This document shows, piece after piece, positions 63,233 through 64,000 of a stretch of 64,000 nt of DNA; within the stretch, counting starts at the first letter, position 1; the number at the start of each line of letters is the position of its first letter. The stretch is from a virus: the IMG/VR virus record IMGVR_UViG_3300037264_007739, positions 1 through 64,000 of that record; one strand, 5' to 3'. Below the pieces are notes generated by a model. The model saw only the letters and a list, made by a program, of their open reading frames with translations. It was not told the origin of the DNA and did not search any database. Made by a program: the position numbers and the translations under genes.

Positions 63233-64000
63233 CGCGCGCCTCCTCTTCGAGCGCGCCCGACGCCATCGGCGGCTTGGCGCTCGGCGCGACGAGATCGATC
63301 TCCTTTGCGAGCGAGCGTGCGAGGTCGAGGATGCCGCGTCCCTTGTCGGAGGATTCGAGGATCTTCTTCATGAGCGACTGCTTGGCGTGCTGCGATCGCT
63401 TCTCGAAGGCGGTGACCTCTTCGCGCAGGTAGTCGAGCCGATCGCACGCCGCTTCGAGCTCGACGACCACGGCCTCGAGCATGCCCACAGCCTCGATCTC
63501 GCCGAGCTCGGCCGCGCTCACGTACGCCACGAACTGAGCGCCGTGCCGCCGGTCGAGATTGCCGAGCTCGAGCTTCGCGTATTCGACTCGCGAGCGCCGG
63601 GCGCGGAATCCGTTCATGAATGACGGCCGCTTCTCCTGCATCGGCTTCCGTGACGAGACCGACGAAAACGAGACGATGTGCGACGCCGTCGCGTACGAGA
63701 CTTCGACCCTCGGCACCGGCTTATCGTCGCCATCGGAGAAGGCTCGGATCATCTTCGCGAACCGCTTCTTCATGATGTCGGCGACTTCGGTCTCAATGCT
63801 TTTCGTGATCCCCAGGACTTCATCCCGAAGATTGATGCACCGCTGGCGCTCGATCTCGAACGCCTTCTCGAGCCCGGCCTTCGCCTCGTGCAGGCACAGA
63901 TCAAAGATGTCGCCCCGCGACAGCCTGATCTTGATGTCCTTCGCGTCCTGAACGACGAGCGCGCTCGTTGCTTCGCTGAGCTTCTCGGTCTTCTTCGTCA
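63225..64000 (-). CDS. coiled-coil hypothetical protein; start at or beyond the window edge
   Basis: The frame of 63225..63773 stays open to the window end (TKKTEKLSEATS...). Confidence 0.6.
   Translation of the reverse strand, partial: TKKTEKLSEATSALVVQDAKDIKIRLSRGDIFDLCLHEAKAGLEKAFEIERQRCINLRDEVLGITKSIETEVADIMKKRFAKMIRAFSDGDDKPVPRVEVSYATASHIVSFSSVSSRKPMQEKRPSFMNGFRARRSRVEYAKLELGNLDRRHGAQFVAYVSAAELGEIEAVGMLEAVVVELEAACDRLDYLREEVTAFEKRSQHAKQSLMKKILESSDKGRGILDLARSLAKEIDLVAPSAKPPMASGALEEEARDD

Noticed and set aside
1-64000. Very frequent TCGA, CTCGAG and GTCGAC
   Set aside because: Explained by the preferred codon pairs NTC-GAN; at most a weak hint about host composition.

Overview
The whole window is part of a large, GC-rich (roughly 63-65% by eye) tailed-phage genome with a contractile tail; no host genes, tRNAs, rRNAs or CRISPR arrays were seen. 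Bases 1-25971 (+) hold neck, sheath, tube, tail chaperones, tape measure, baseplate, fibre, holin and spanin-like genes in an order resembling SPO1/Twort-like myoviruses. Bases 26308-53168 (-) hold an amidase endolysin, a terminase-small-like protein, a serine recombinase, nucleotide-metabolism genes, ParB, a Dam methylase read in frame into an SbcC/SMC-like ATPase, a UDG-PolA fusion with an intein in the UDG domain, SSB, a Sak4-like ATPase, a Cas4-like nuclease and an SNF2 helicase. Bases 53273-59104 (+) hold a DUF927 helicase, an AT-rich origin-like region, UvrD and regulators, followed by small genes on the - strand. The main unexplained signals are: (1) a ~290-nt structured, ORF-free RNA with its own promoter and terminator inside the lysis cassette; (2) a dispersed, apparently over-represented ATG(A/T)CAT motif that sits at many gene starts and forms a double operator at the recombinase promoter; (3) a family of TTGnnn-N17-TAYnAC promoters that predict leaderless mRNAs; (4) a candidate +1 UUU_CGA chaperone frameshift; (5) a candidate pseudoknot in front of the polymerase gene; and (6) several replication enzymes with degenerate catalytic motifs. 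All calls come from reading motifs by eye; no database search was run.
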